Made by a program: the position numbers and the translations under genes. Positions 61,639-64,000 of a stretch of 64,000 bases of DNA are shown in pieces (within the stretch, counting starts at the first letter, position 1; each line of letters opens with the position of its first letter). This stretch comes from Octopus sinensis (lineage: Eukaryota): positions 167,338,001 through 167,402,000 of the forward strand of contig NC_042999.1 in assembly GCF_006345805.1 (NCBI RefSeq), written 5' to 3'. The notes beneath the pieces are model-generated. The model was not told the DNA's origin. It made no database searches and saw only the letters and a program-made list of their open reading frames with translations.

Positions 61639-61716
<78 letters not shown>

Positions 61717-62225
61717 GCTTGTATTTGCGCACGTGTAGTCGCGTGCACACTCGCCTACGCTTCACCCATGCTTACACATTCACAATGCTGCATTCTCAGC
61801 CTCCCCAGCATCCACAGCATCCACAGCATCCCCATCTTATAAGAAAATACTTCGGCGTGTGCATGCAGACACACAGATATAAGAACAGCATCAAATATAA
61901 ATGTAAACAGAGAAAACACAATTGCTGTTTCACAACTGCCCCAAATTACATCAGGTCATTTAGTTCGTTTAGAGACACAAAAACGCTATATAAACATAAT
62001 ACATATATATGTGTGTGTCTGTGTGTGTGTGTTTATGTATATACATATTTATGAACATGTATATATGTGTGGGGGGTGCGTGCGCGCGCGCATATTAAAT
62101 AGAAAATTTCCAGAAAACCGGGATTGTATTGTTTCCAATTCTCCATCCAGGGTATCCCTGTCTCCGTCCATTTTCCTTCTTCGTCTCCACCTTCAAAGTT
62201 TCTTTTTCCTCTTCCCAAACCCGGA

Positions 62226-62364
62226 TGCTGCTGCTGCTACTACAACTACTACTACCACTGCTGCTACCACTACTACTACTACTACCACTACTGCCACTAC
62301 TACTACCACCACTACTACTACTGCCACTACTACTACCACTACTACTACTACTGTCACTACTACA

Positions 62365-62439
<75 letters not shown>

Positions 62440-62600
62440 ACCACTACTACTATTGTCACAGTCGCCACCAGCAACAATACCACCACCAGTAACACAAGCT
62501 GCAGCATCAACACTACTACTACCACAACCACCGCTAGTATTACTACTACAAATACTACAAATATCACCACCAACACTACTACCATCACTACTACAGCATT
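62226..62600. repeat. Compound (CTA)/(CCA)/(CTG) trinucleotide microsatellite
   Basis: Explains the poly-Thr, poly-Tyr and poly-Leu ORFs. Confidence 0.9.
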
Positions 62601-63736
62601 ATCTTCTCGATAGTCATCGTCATCGCTGTTGTTTTTAGCCGATTCAGCAGATTCTTTATCAAAGATCTTCCATCGGTGGGCACTGAAGTTTTTCTTTGGA
62701 TCAATAGGTCCGGTGATAAATATCGCCCAACACTTGAGAATGTAAATTTCTGCATCATCACAATTATCATCACTACGACCAACCTACTAGTAACCCCCAA
62801 CCATCGTTATCATCATCGCTATCATCATCATCATTATCAACCCCAATATCATCTTGAGGATAATTTTACAACATTTATATGAGATAAAGCCACGTGGCTG
62901 TGTGGGGCTTGTATATCCCAAGTTGTTAGATATTACTTATCCCACAGATCGCCCCTAATTGAGTGGTAGTTAAATCCCTCTCATATTGCAATCTAGCGCC
63001 TTAAAATAGGAAGGACGCATTTGATAATATAGCCCTTGGATCTGTCACTCGATCTGTAGCGGAATGATCATGACAGGAATGCTTTTCATGGTAGATCTGG
63101 CTCGATCAGGACTAACTAGGGGCTAAACATCAACAGCAAGATCCTCGACAAAGGAAGTAAATAAAGCAGTCATGGGCAAACTGAGACCCGCGGGACTTTC
63201 TGAATGGCAGGCCAACGAAAAATTACTGTCATGTTTTTTTTTAGTAACATGACCCACTGACGATGCTCCATGTCGCATGCGACCCTCTTCTCTAAAGAAG
63301 TCGTTCGCATTTGCAATTGAGTCTCTACACGAAGGTTAGATATACTTGGCTTAGAGAGAGAGATACACACACAGACAGACAGACAAAGAATGAGGGTGTG
63401 TGTGTGTATGTGTGTGTGTTGATGAGAAAACAGAATAACGAAAATTGAATAAAAGTCATGTTAAATTCGGAACAATGTACAAGCGATCAGAAATCAACAG
63501 AAGTTTTATAGATCAAAAGAGTATTCCTCGTACCTTAACATTTATATAATGTTTTGCCAAGGAAACCAGACAAATAAAATAATCACGAATGAGAAATATC
63601 AAAGATGTATTGGATAAAATGTATGATAAAGCTCTTAAAAATTGGCGTCTTTTAGTGCAGGATACTGAAGAGAATATATTTTCTGTAAGACATTCCAACA
63701 CCACAGGAACTCCAGAATAATACCCAGACTACATTT

Positions 63737-63960
63737 CGGCAGAATTGTTAGCACGCTGGGCGAAATGCTTAGCAGTATTTCGTTTGCTGTTACGTTCTGA
63801 GTTCAAATTCCACCGTGGTTGATTTTGCCTTTCATCCTTTCGAGGTCGATAAATTAAGTACCAGTTACGCACTGGGGTTGATGTAATCGACTTAATGCCT
63901 TTGCCTGTCCTTGTTTGTCCCCTCTATGTTTAGCCCCTTGTGGGCAATAAAGAAATAAGA
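63737..63960 (+). mobile_element. Family B SINE with a Tx1-type 3' tail
   Basis: ggcagaattgttagcacgctgggcgaaatgcttagc...; tail ttgtcccctctatgtttagccccttgtgggcaataaag. Confidence 0.85.
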
Positions 63961-64000
63961 TATACTAGTAAACGCACCTGTCCTTTGGGCGGTTTAAGTT

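Larger units (their letters stand above)
60511..61641 (+). repeat. Head-to-tail tandem of a 578-bp non-coding unit, each copy with a hammerhead (retrozyme-like)
   Basis: acatgccgaaatctac at 60511 and 61089; (TA)n on both sides. Confidence 0.9.

Overview
AT-rich, microsatellite-dense eukaryotic DNA. The SINE families and repeat landscape are most consistent with a coleoid cephalopod (Octopus); this is recognition from memory, not a database hit. I found no supportable host protein-coding exon, and most short ORFs in the track are translated microsatellites. The window is a nested mobile-element landscape: (1) an apparently intact 4.6-kb CR1-group LINE (50432-55041, minus) whose ORF1 has a Myb/SANT-like domain plus two CCCH fingers and whose AUG-less ORF2 overlaps ORF1 in the -1 frame at a UUUUUUA slippery site; (2) three ~1.9-2.3-kb ORF1-only 'half-LINE' elements of Tx1/L1 type with target-site duplications and a 3' stem-loop shared with a SINE; (3) at least ten type I hammerhead ribozyme or hammerhead-like motifs, some canonical, in Penelope-like or retrozyme-like repeats, including a 578-bp tandem unit and a 940-bp palindrome; (4) two copies of a non-autonomous Helitron, one filled and one empty; (5) R4/Dong, Tx1, RTE, mariner and hAT remnants and many SINEs. 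Scattered 1-nt indels between near-identical copies suggest residual long-read consensus errors, so some frameshifts may not be real.
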